A stretch of 64,000 nt of DNA from Octopus sinensis (lineage: Eukaryota). How positions within the stretch are numbered: position 1 is the stretch's first letter; each line of letters opens with the position of its first letter. Below are positions 41,881 to 53,420 of this stretch, one piece after another. The translations under genes were made by a program, and so were the position numbers. Where the stretch lies: positions 180,606,001 through 180,670,000 of the forward strand of contig NC_042997.1 of assembly GCF_006345805.1 (NCBI RefSeq). Reading direction: 5' to 3'. A model generated the notes under the pieces. The model did no database searches. It was not told the origin of the DNA and saw nothing but the letters and a program-made list of their open reading frames with translations.

Positions 41881-42842
41881 ATCGGGTCTGACCCTCAGCT
41901 GTATCGTATGTATCAGGGTCAGATTTGCACGAAAGAATTTTTTTCCTTTTTTACTAAGGCATATTTCCGTCAGAGTGAGTGTCTGTTTGAAGTAGCGGCC
42001 GTGGTGAAATTTGGTTCTCCTTTTCGGAGGTCTTATCTTTGTTTTAGTATTCCTGGCCCAGGGTGTTTAAACTTGGTCTAAATTTTTTTATGAAATATAG
42101 TTCTTTATTTTGGCGTTGTGTGAAGGTTGCGTTGTCACTGAATTTATAGAGCGGGTTAGTTGTAAATTTCGGATTTACATTTCCAGCACATCTATCTATG
42201 TGTCCGCTGACCGGTATTTTGCGGTAATCAGGGTTTCTAATTTGTGATTTATGCACCGCCATCCTGTTACGTAAGCTATTTTTTTATGGCCTATATACTG
42301 CCTATTGCAGCCTGCGCATGTTATGACGTAAATTAAGTTTTCTGATGCGCAGGTGAAGTTTGTTCTAATGGTGAACTGGTGGCCTTGTTCCAGTATAAAT
42401 TCTGATCCTTCTTTCAGATGACACAGATTCCGCAGTTGGGCCTTCCACATTTTCTAACTGCTGGTTTTGTGGTTGATGTTGAGTGCAGTGTAGCTTGGGT
42501 TAAAATCCTTTTCAAGGATTTTGGTTGCCGTTTACTTGTAGGATGGTGTGTGTTTTTCGAGGATCCGGTTCATCTTTGGGTCTCACTTTAGTAGGGCTGT
42601 GCTTTGTAGTATGGTGTTGAAGGCCTCATTGTTGAGTGGGTTGTGTGTAGAGATGTAGGGAAGGGTTTTTAATTGTTCTTTCTTTTTTGGTTTTGTTTGT
42701 CTCAGGTCTTCTATACTTAATTTAAGTACCCGTTGGATTGCACTGGATTTCACTATACATGAACTCTAAGATGTCTGACTCCGTTGTGTATTATAAATGA
42801 ATTTCTTGTGTTTGACGGCATGAGCTGTCTCTTTTTATATAT

Positions 42843-42890
42843 AACTTTTTTTGATAAGGTTCATTTCAGGAACTGAAACATGTTATAATG
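42843..42890 (+). ncRNA. Candidate minimal hammerhead ribozyme, U3:A8 core (inverted pLTR copy)
   Basis: TTGATAA (42851-57), helix II GGTTC/GAACT, GAAAC-AT-GT-T with palindrome ACATGT. Helix I is imperfect. Confidence 0.55.
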
Positions 42891-42978
42891 TATATATAAA
42901 AATTAAAAATTGTATAATACAGCAGCATTTTCGAACTTCATTTTTACAAATATATACCTACTCGTATACGAGCTAATC

Positions 42979-43085
<107 letters not shown>

Positions 43086-43143
43086 TATATATATACATAT
43101 ATATATATACATACATACATACATACATACATACATACATACA

Positions 43144-43177
<34 letters not shown>

Positions 43178-43320
43178 ATACATACATAATACGTACATAC
43201 ATACACACATGGCTTTTCTTTATTGAGAAGAAATCTTGAAAGAAAACTGAATATTGACTTATATACATATACACATACATATATACCTACCATTCATACA
43301 CACACACACACCACACACAC

Positions 43321-43351
<31 letters not shown>

Positions 43352-43409
43352 ATATATATACTATATATATATATATATACATGCATACATACATACATAT
43401 ATACATATA

Positions 43410-43800
43410 CTAGCAGTATCGCCCGGCGTTGCTCGGGTTTGTTTCGACCCGCTGGAATTGGAATTTTTGAAAAGTAAAACTTTTGCATTATGTAGCTTGT
43501 TATTCTTTTCAAGTGAACATTTTTCTGGTTGAAATACACCGAAAAGTGGCGACACAGCAGTGAAAAAATCGTAAAAAATATGGATTTTCATAGAAAAAAG
43601 CACCTTTTTGATGTAAATAATTTTTAGTGTTAACATGGTCCGATTTCAATTTTATCTGGTACGGAAGGAAGAGCAACCCTTCTTCTATCATACTTTCAAT
43701 TTTGGTCAACTTGCGTCGCAGGGTCTCGGAGGAGATAGTGTTAGTTGAAGGCTACCAAACCTGGCGCACACAGACAACTTCAGCTTTATATAGAGAGAGA
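43410..43800 (-). mobile_element. Complete ~390-bp non-autonomous Helitron
   Basis: Minus strand A|TCTCTCTCTATATAAAG at the 5' end; hairpin cccgagcaacgccggg and CTAG|T at the 3' end. Confidence 0.85.
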
Positions 43801-44079
43801 TAACATACACACATTAATACACATACATACACACACACATGTATGTATGTATGGATGTATGTATATATATGTACATCTGTCCACTTCTTGCCATATTTTT
43901 ATCCTTCACTTCCTACACACACACACACACACTCTCACACACATACAGACACACACACACACACCATCTTAGCTTACAATTTCTTTCTTTCAACAATTGA
44001 CAACTGAAGTACGCTCGCAAATTAATACTACGAAAACTTAGCGACAGAAAGTAAATTAAAAAATAATTGTATAATATTG

Positions 44080-44599
44080 AGTTTTCTCGAATCTTTGCTT
44101 AATTGGGGGTCAAATTGAAAGAAATTTCAATGCCATGACCCAATGGAATGTACTTCGAAAAATCATAGGTAAATTCTAATTGAAGAAATTGTGTGAGGAG
44201 TAAATCGTTATGTATTTATTTGTTTCTTTTTCCTGTGTATTTTTTTGAGTAGTTGTTTAAGGTACACTTGCAAAGAGAAAGTAGGAGAAAGTGTGGTAAT
44301 AGAAGGAGTGAAGCAGTTGATATGAGAGAGGCAAATCGTAAAATATTTAGTTTTTATTTGTTTCTGTTTCCTGTGCATTTTTTTTTGAGTAGTGGTTTAA
44401 GGTACACTTGCAAAAAGAAAGTAGGAGAAAGTGTGGTAATAGAAGGAGTGAAGCAGTTGATATGAGAGAGGCAAATCGTAAAATATATAGTTTTCTCGAA
44501 TTTTTGCTTAATTGGGGGTCAAATTGAAAAAGATTGATATGCCATGACCCAGTGGAATCTACTTCGAAAAATCATAGGTGAATTCCAATTGAAGAAATT
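44080..44599. repeat. A-B-B-A arrangement of direct repeats
   Basis: A at 44080-44190 and 44489-44599; B at ~44211-44350 and ~44352-44490. Confidence 0.85.
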
Positions 44600-45229
44600 C
44601 TATATTGTACAATTGTATTAAAAACAAACTATGTCAGAGGCAGAGAAAATCTGCCTTTTATCATAAGAGATGTATAAATTTATACATACACATCCACACA
44701 AATATATATTTATATGTATGTGTATGCATATATGTACGTATATATGTTGATCTGTATGTCATATGCATGCGCAAAACTTCATCGCTCAATTACATATTTA
44801 CTTTCTCTTAGGAATCATTTTAACTCCCTCAATGTAGGACATGTAAGCCTTCAATCTTACTGAAGTATTCCGATATCCATAAATACGTAATAGTAGTATG
44901 GATAATTGTTGAAAATCGATTAAAAATTCTTACTTATAATTACTTTTTAATTCTTCTTTGGCGAATCATCCTCGCCTTGGAAAATTTTTTATCAAATAAA
45001 GGAAATACTGAATTTATAATGGATAATTGACACATTTAACACATGCTGGTAATAGCTTATTCATATGCAAGTGGAAAGTAAACAGGATTTAGTGTAACAT
45101 CTAGAAGCCTTCAGGATATTTTTACGCAGAGAAATTTTATGCTTTTAAAATGGAAGATGCGGGGGGGGAAAATTTGCAGGTGCTAGGAGATTAACTCAAA
45201 CTTTCGATTGTCCTTCGCATGATGACAAT

Positions 45230-45612
45230 GATAATGATGATGATGGTGGTGGTGATGGTGGTGCTGGTGGTGTTGCTGGTGGTGCTGGTGCTTGTGCTGG
45301 TGGTGCTGGTGGTGCTGGTGGTGCTGCTAGTGGTGGTGGTGCTTTTGGTGGTGGTGGTGTGGTGGTGGTGGTGGTGGTGGTGGTGGTGATGATGATGATG
45401 ATAATGATGAGGGGAAGAAGAAGAAGAAGAAGAAGAGAAGAAGAAGTAGAAGAAGAAGAAGAAGAAGAAGAAGAGAGAAGAAGAAGAAGAAAGAAGAAGA
45501 AGAAGAGAAGAAGAAGAAGAAGAAGAAAGAAGAAGAAGAAGAAGAAGAAGAAGAAGAAGAAGAAGAAGAAGAAGAAGAAGAAGAAGAAGAAGAAGAAGAA
45601 GAAGAAGAAGAA
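45230..45612. repeat. Compound (GGT)n/(GAT)n/(GAA)n microsatellite
   Basis: Direct read. Confidence 0.95.
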
Positions 45613-45661
45613 GAGAGCTCCAGCCTTGACAGCCGCTGGATGTGTTCTTCGCTGCACTGAC

Positions 45662-45704
45662 CTGTAGCCGAAGACAGGAACACTAATACAACACAGCAGA
45701 ACAA
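45662..45704 (-). CDS. Candidate signal-peptide exon (43 nt), LFCCVVLVFLSSAT(G)
   Basis: Acceptor gttatttttcag, donor CAG|gtcagt; hydrophobic translation. An alternative frame (VLLCCISVPVFGY) is also open. Confidence 0.4.
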
Positions 45705-45714
45705 CTGAAAAATA

Positions 45715-46230
45715 ACTTTTAAAAACTGGAATATCTACAATCTCTTGTGAGTATTTTTAAACTTCCCCCAAAATAAGGTTAGAAACTTATGTATCTAAAA
45801 TTTTCTCTGGACGAACACACAAACGATCATCTTTAAAAATATTAACAACCTTTAATATACCTATCCTTTCCTTTCTCCCTGAATATTCAAAAATGTAAAC
45901 GTACTTTTTATTGTAAGAACACTACAGTTTCCTCTGTTCGGACATACAAACGATTATTTTTTAGAAAATTTTAAAACTATATCTACAATTGTCTGTGAAA
46001 ACTTTACACTTCTTTTCTTTCCTTTCCTTGCTTTTACTTTCTCCCTGAGTATTCGAAAATGTAAACATGACATCATTTTTAATATAAGGATAGTACAGTT
46101 TTCTCTTTCCGGACATGCAAATGATCATATTTAGAAACTTTTAAAACTTTAATATCTACAATTTTCAGTGAAACTTTTAACCTTCTTTTGTCCTTGACTA
46201 CTCGAATAAGTAAACATGCCTTTCATTGCA
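45715..46230. repeat. Degenerate tandem repeat, ~170-bp unit, ~3 copies
   Basis: Recurrent atctacaat, ggacat(a/g)caaa(c/t)gat and aaaatgtaaac motifs. Confidence 0.7.
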
Positions 46231-46499
46231 ACATGCCTTTCATTGCAACAAACTGAACGCACGATCGAAATTAAGGAGATAAGTACCTGCTAAGATATAC
46301 AAAGTGCACAATTTCGAAAACTATAAATTTCGAAAGCCTATAAAAATAAAAAGAAAATTCAAAATATCAACAAAAGAAAATCCCCAAATTCAAAAGTTCA
46401 ACTTGGTAGACATCAGTATATATATATTTTTTTCTATCAGTAATTAAAAACAGAACAAGGTGAGTTTGTTCTTTCCAAGACCAAGATCAGTGCTCTCAT

Positions 46500-47540
46500 T
46501 GATCATCATCATCATGGCTCGGCTTCGCGAACGAAGATCAGGAAGGCTGTCCACGTCGCGTGCATGCACGCTCATGACTGACAAGTCCGATATGGGAAAC
46601 GCAGGTCCGTGAGCAGTGTCCACAGACGAAGGTAACATCCGATGTGGTGTCATAGGCGGCTCGCGCCTTCCTCCTGTGACTCTTGTCTTTCAGTGCGTCT
46701 CTTCTTTGTTCCTCAAACTGGCTGACGGCGTTGAAGATCGTATGGTGCCAGACATCACGGTCCGCAGCCAGGTCTGTCCAGCATTGGTGGTTAATATGAC
46801 ATACTGTTAGAGACTTCTTGAGGCAGTCTTTGTAAAGCTTCCTCGGAGCTCCTCTCACTCGGTGGCCGGTGGAGAGTTTGCCAAACAGGGCAATCTTTGG
46901 AAGGCGATGGTTCTCCATTCTGGAGACATGCCCTGTCCATCGGAGGTGGTACTTCAGTAGCGTGGCTTCAATGCTGGGGATCTCGGCCCGCTCCAAGACT
47001 TCAATGATTGTGACGAAATCACTCCAGTGAATGTTGAGGATGGTGCGGAGACATCGCTGGTAGAAGCGCTGGAGGAGACGGATGTAACTGCGGTAAGTGA
47101 TCCAGGTCTCTGAGTCGTAGAGAAAAGTGGTGAGAACCACGGCCCTCTAGATACTGATCTTTGTTTTGTTCTTCAGGTCACCATTGTGCCAAACACGCTT
47201 GTACAATCTGCCAAAGGAGCTATTTGCCTTAGAAAGTCTATTTTCAATTTCCCTGTCGATCCTTGCATCGGATGAGATGATGCAGCCCAGGTATGTAAAC
47301 TGCTGTATTGATTTCAGTTCGGTTACCGCAGATAGTGATGTGGGGTGGGCGGTATTCCTCTTGGGGTGTAGGTTGGTGAAGTACCCCCGTCTCTGGAGGT
47401 ACTTCTCATTGATCACTAGTAGTAGTAAACACATTTGACTCCTGCTGACCGCACGGATGTGACGCTTCTGTTGTCCGTTGATCGCACAGGAATGCAAGGT
47501 CCCATTGTTGATCTTCTTCTCACCATCTGCCGAACCTATT
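46500..47540 (-). mobile_element. RTE-clade LINE 3' fragment
   Basis: FTYLGCIISSDARIDREIENRLSKANSSFGRL, LYDSETW, LRWTGHVSRM and a C-terminal C-x2-C...HERAC; tail (ATG)n. Confidence 0.92.
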
Positions 47541-48078
47541 TACAGACCTATAGAATTTGGTCTATTCACCAAGCTACTTCTCTAGCTCCTACTATCTCCT
47601 CCAAAATTCACATATTTACGATTATCTCAAGTACAAGACAAAATTCGAAACTAAACAACATTTAATAATACCACACAGTAGTTGGAGCAAAGATAGCATC
47701 TCAAAACGGTTACAATACCAGTGATTGTACTAGCGCTTGGAATGATCAAAAAAGGAACGGAAAATTATTTAAGAATGATCCTTGGATTACTATTCAGAAG
47801 AGAAGTGCAAAATATTGCATTAACTGGTACGTTACACGTATTGAGAAAAGCATTGTCGCTGTGAATTTTCTTTCCTTTTTTGCCCTTCATTTTGTGTGTT
47901 TATTTTCGGATTTTATATTTTTTCGTTTTTCTCTCTGTCTTTCTTCCCCTTTTGCTATCACATGATTTCGTAAATGAACAATGTGGTGTGATTATTATAA
48001 TGGCCTACAAATGTATACACTGCGCTAGGTGTCAGGAAGGCGCTCAGCAAGAAAAGGAATCAGGATTGAAAGATGATG

Positions 48079-48145
<67 letters not shown>

Positions 48146-48147
<2 letters not shown>

Positions 48148-48249
48148 CCGGGACGTTTAAGAGAACACCGGGGACGTTTAAGAGAACACCGGGGACGTTT
48201 AAGAGAACACCGGGGACGTTTAAAGGAACACCGGGGACGTTTAAGATGT
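48146..48249 (+). repeat. Five tandem ~21-bp units CACCGGGGACGTTTAAGAGAA at the LINE 5' end
   Basis: Direct read. Two units are present in the 18.8-kb copy. Confidence 0.95.
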
Positions 48250-48447
48250 AAGAAGGAAAATACAGAGCTCCGAAATCTATCCACAAACATCGAAAACAAG
48301 GACATCCTATGGAGCCAAAGATTTACTAACAAAGAATTGGACTGTATCCGAGTAAGTAATACTAATTGAAATTTATTACTATTTCCGAAACGAAATGATG
48401 TATTTTGACTCGATATTATCTCCACCTCTAACACAACACATGTAAAC

Positions 48448-51400
48448 ATGCGTGGAACATCACGATCATCCCCGACCTCAAACACCATGCACAAAGGAAC
48501 TACGAAGAAATTAAATGCTACCGATACTATTCAACCCAAGAATAACAGTCGAGCGGTACGTACATTAAACTTACAACAAAAAATGTACGAAAAACTACAC
48601 GTGCGAAATAATGTGACAACAGAAATAAACGGACCGGTACCCTACGAAAATGACGACCGTCAAAATAATGGGCCGGACGTTGTACCTCATGTCCCGCAAA
48701 TAAAACCCAAAAGACGTAAATGGACACGTGAGGAATACATTTCTATCTTACACGCATACTTCACAGCAATGCTCTACCCAAAAAATGAAAATACAACAAC
48801 ACATACATATAAAATATGGAAAGAAAATAATAGAGATATAGACTTGGATACAGCAATGAACCCTAATAAATTAGCTAACGTACGAAGATACATTCTCAAA
48901 GCCAAAAAAATATCAGAAATAGAAATAGAACATTTAAAAGAAAAAATACACCAGGAAAATGTAGATAGAAGCCACGCAACAATGCCCAATAATATAAACA
49001 CTGAAACTGTAAAACACGAAGACCAACGCAACATTCCCAACAAACACGATGTAAACAACGAAGGGGAGCCTAATGATTATGATAATATAAAAAATTAAAT
49101 AATCAAAGAACTGAAAATCACAGAGCCCAAAATGGACCACCGACCATACCTCCCAAGAATAAAAATAAACGAAATAACAACACCAATTATAAACAGCATA
49201 AACCTAGCCGTCACTGAACTAGCCACTGAAACAAAAAAAAGTGATATCACTGAACTAAATGACTTGATATACGCAGCAGCCACTGCAGCCACAAAAGAAG
49301 CTGGATACTCACCCAAACCCACCCAAACAGGAGTACTACCACCCAAACAAACCCTGTGGATAAATAACATCCAAAACAAAATTTTAAAAAATTAGAAAAG
49401 ACCTGTCGATTCTTAATGAAATCAGCAAACAATCAACGCTACTGAGCAACAAAAAGAGAACAAAAATGCTCCGCAAATATAACATCACAGAAAAAGATTT
49501 GCCGGAGATAAAAGAAAAGCTGAAGCAAGATATCCTTGCCAAAGCTCAAAGGATCCGCCGGTACGAGAAACGCCAACGCTGCTTTGAACAGAACAAAAAG
49601 TTCAACTCCAACCCCAAAAAGTTCTACCAAGAACTGGGAAAAAATAAAATAGAAGTCACTGCAGCACCAACGGCAGAAGAATTGGAAGAATTCTGGAAAG
49701 AAATATGGTCGGCGAACGAACAGCCAAAAAAAAGGAGTATGAAAATAACAAACTCGGCATCTGAACAACTTTGGACCCCCATAACAACTGAAGAGGTCAC
49801 CCAGGCACTGCAAAAACTAAGCAACTGGAAGGCACCTGGGCATGACAAGATCCCCAACTTCTGGTTGAAATATCTAACAGGAATGCACAAAAAGCTGGCT
49901 GAAAACTTTAACAGCATACTAGCAGAGCCAGAGACAATGCCTGAATGGCTCACGAAGGGGAAATCCATCTAAATTCCCAAATCAAATGAAACAACAAAAC
50001 CAGAAAACTACAGACCAATAACCTGCCTCCCTACTATGTTCAAGGCATTTACTGCAGTGATATCGCAAAGGCTGAACAAGCACCTGGACGAAAACAAACT
50101 GTTCTCAGAAGAGCAGAAAGGATGCCGCAAAGGTTCATATGGCTGTAAAGATCAACTAATGATTAATAAAGCCGTAACTGAAGACAGCCACAGAAAGAAG
50201 AAAGGCCTCAGTATGGCCTGGATTGACTACAAAAAGGCATTTGATAGCATCCCCCACACATGGATCCTCGAAACACTAGCCATTAAGAAAGTAGCACCAA
50301 CAATCATAAAATTTATAGAGCATTCTATGAATAAATGGCAAACAGTCCTACACCTCCAAACAAAAGAGGGACTCATGAAAACCAAAGACATCCCCATTAG
50401 AAGAGGAATATTCCAGGGAGACACGCTCTCTCCACTCCTTTTCTGCTTGGCACTGTCACCTCTACCTGATATGCTAAATAGAACTGGATGCGGATATAAA
50501 TATTACGGCAAAACGATCAGCCACCTTGTATATATGGATGACCTAAAACTATACGCTGCCAATGACAAACAGCTGGAAACACTATTAAAGACAGTTCATG
50601 GATTTACCAAAGAAATAGATATGAAATTTGGATTAGAAAAATGCGCCAAAGTAACCATGAAAAGAGGAAAACTAGTTAAGAGTAACAACATCACACTAGA
50701 TAAAACCAATGAAATAAAAGAATTAGACGAAAGCCAAACTTACAAATACTTAGGAATCCATGAACTAGATAAGACACAACACACACAAATGAAAGAGAAA
50801 ATAAAAAAAGAATATTATAGACGAGTTAGATCAATACTAAACACAGAGCTCAATGCTAAAAACAAGATAATAGGTATCAACACTTTAGCTGTCCCAGTTA
50901 TAAGTTACAGCTACAATATCCTTAACTGGACACGAAATGAACTGTCCAAAATAGATAGGAAAACAAGAAAAATACTGACAGGATCTAGGATGCATCACCC
51001 AAAATCTGACATAGAAAGACTATATATACAACGTATAGAAGGTGGTAGAGGCCTTATACAGCTGGAAAACTACTATAAAATAACCAGCATAGGACTGCAA
51101 AAATATCTACTTCAGAAGGAAGGAAAACTGATCCAGATAGCAGCAAAACACGAGCAAAACAAAAAACTGTTCTTAGTATTTAAGGAAGCTGACAAATACA
51201 AACAAGAAATCATACCACCTAATAAACACGAAGAAGAAGAAGAAGAAGAAGAAGAGAAGATGATGAAGAAACAACAAAAGCTATAAAACAAATGAAATCC
51301 AAACTAAAAATAGAACAGCAACGAACCATGATAAAACGATGGCAAGAAAAGCCCCTTCATGGTAAATACTGCACTAAACTAAACGCAAAAGAAATAGACA

Positions 51401-51846
51401 AAGAAAAATCCCAGCAATGGTTGAGAAGCTCAGGACTCAAAGCAGAAACAGAGGGAGTTTTAATTGCAGCACAAGACCAAAGCCTCCCCACCAGAAATTA
51501 CCAAAAACATGTAATGAAAAGAAATATTACAAGTAACTGCAGAATATGTGGAGATGGACAAGAAACAATAAATTATATTATCTCTAGCTGCCCAGTCCTG
51601 GCTAAGAAGGAATATATTCACAGACATGACAGAGTTGGAACCTACATACATTGGAAGCTATGCCAACATTATGAAATAACCACAGAAAAAAGATGGTATA
51701 GGCACACACTAGAAAAAGTCACAGAAAACGAGAAAGCAACCATACTCTGGGATATGCCGATACACACAGATAGAGAAATTAAGGCCAACAGACCAGATAT
51801 AGTTGTCAGAGATCATGAAGAAAAAAAATGCTTTCTAATTGATGTA
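48448..51846 (+). pseudogene. RT-CCHC-RLE polyprotein ORF with a few stops and frameshifts
   Basis: ORF-track segments 48448-49098, 49132-49395, 49466-49972, 50036-51286 and 51292 onward. Confidence 0.9.
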
Positions 51847-51847
51847 G

Positions 51848-52109
51848 GAGTTTGTTATTTTCATACTCCTTTTTTTTGGCTGTTCGTTCGCCGACCATAT
51901 TTCTTTCCAGAATTCTTCCAATTCTTCTGCCGTTGGTGCTGCAGTGACTTCTATTTTATTTTTTCCCAGTTCTTGGTAGAACTTTTTGGGGTTGGAGTTG
52001 AACTTTTTGTTCTGTTCAAAGAAGCGTTGGCGTTTCTCGTATCGGCGGATCCTTTGAGCTTTGGCAAGGATATCTTGCTTCAGCTTTTCTTTCATCCCCG
52101 GCAAATCTT
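51848..52109 (-). mobile_element. Inverted internal fragment of the same Dong-like family (equivalent to ~49493-49755), bounded by (TAA)n
   Basis: Reverse-complement match with a few substitutions. Confidence 0.92.
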
Positions 52110-52116
52110 ATTATTA

Positions 52117-52194
<78 letters not shown>

Positions 52195-52221
52195 TATTAT
52201 TGATATGATTATTATTATTAT

Positions 52222-53420
52222 CTGATGAAATCTCAGTATATTTTCTATGCATGATGAAAAGTGTCAGCTCTCCAGAGCCGGTAGACTTAAGTGACACTTG
52301 CTTAGAGGTCATGCCTCAAGAACCCTGCAGAGTATTCTTGCAGTTCCAAGCAATGGTGATTTTTGTCTTTGTTCCATCTTTACATTCGTTCCAATCTCTT
52401 TGAGCCATGCTGATAGCGGGGTACTGATATTTCGAAGTGCACCAATCGTTATTGCTATCGTATCCACTTTCTTCATTGCCCACTAACAGCGTATATTCCA
52501 ATTCAATTCATCATACTTGCTGTCTTTCTCCTTTCTTTTCAATCTTATCAATAGAAAAATGCAATGTCAGTGATCGGGCTTTTTTTCTTTCCTTTCTCTT
52601 CTATTCAACATCAGGTTTCCTATGTATGATTTGATGGTCACATTGAATCATTGCATCCCACACGATTTTGCAATCTTCATTCTCAGTAACTCTTTCTCTA
52701 ATTTGGTCATATTACATTTGTGACCTTTCTAGGCTACAATTTCCACAATGTCCCCAAAGGATCATTCTTGCTATATTTTCATGTCACCTTTTGCTTCTTT
52801 CGCGTTGTGCCAAATTCTAGTATCCACTAAGAATATGCCATGCTGTTTTACCCATCTCAACAAAGATTCTGCATTTATCACTCTCAGTTGCTTTATCAAT
52901 TCTGCACTTCACATGATTCGCCCTCAATTTTTGCCCTAGTGCCGTGCATATTAGTGCTTCTATTTCTAACTTCAAAATCACTCTACCGTATCCATAACCA
53001 CCAACCGGCTGTACTCATCTTTGTTCTCGCACCTCCTGCAAATTCATCAAAAGTGTTTTTCCTTTCCTTGATATTCTTTTTACGCGCATTTTTCCTCTTT
53101 AGATTTCTATTCCTTAACACATCTTCGCATGTGCCAACAATGATTCCATGACGTTATTGACATACCGTCCTAAACTGTTTACTTCTGATTCAACACTATG
53201 TTGACAACTGACAAAACTCTCACCCTTTACTCTGGTCTAGTACAACCGATTAGTGTCACACCATGCAATGTCAATAATTTCCGTGTCTTCGTATACAGTT
53301 CATTCCTTTGCCAGTTTATGATTCCATCTCCATACCTAAATCATGCTATCGCCCATATATTCACAGTTTTGAATTTATTCCATCCAATCGATTTCGAGCG
53401 TAACACCAGGCCGACATAAT
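52222..53420 (-). mobile_element. Old, decayed third R4/Dong-like LINE family (RT C-terminus to RLE)
   Basis: Minus translations FRYGDGIINWQRNEL, ENEDCKIVWDAMIQCDHQIIHRKPD and LLGTARILCRVLEA*. Confidence 0.8.

Larger units (their letters stand above)
41061..42951 (-). mobile_element. 5'-truncated Penelope-like element with an inverted 5' pLTR (terminal inverted repeats ~200 bp)
   Basis: 41061-41263 mirrors 42752-42951. Minus-strand translations LPYISTHNP, NLIYVITCAGCNRQYIG and KELYFIKKFRPSLN. Confidence 0.92.
48146..51846 (+). mobile_element. Near full-length R4/Dong-like RLE LINE with 5' tandem monomers, lacking its 3' end
   Basis: (TAA)n at 48074-48144, 5' UTR, ORF pieces 48448-51846 with GIFQGDTLSP, YMDD (50531-42), CCHC and NRPD. 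Confidence 0.95.

Noticed and set aside
48146-48249. 21-bp repeats as a CRISPR array
   Set aside because: They are head-to-tail with no spacers, in eukaryotic context, and form a LINE 5' end.
52222-52270. CTGATGA...GAAA as a hammerhead
   Set aside because: Helix III and helix I do not pair.
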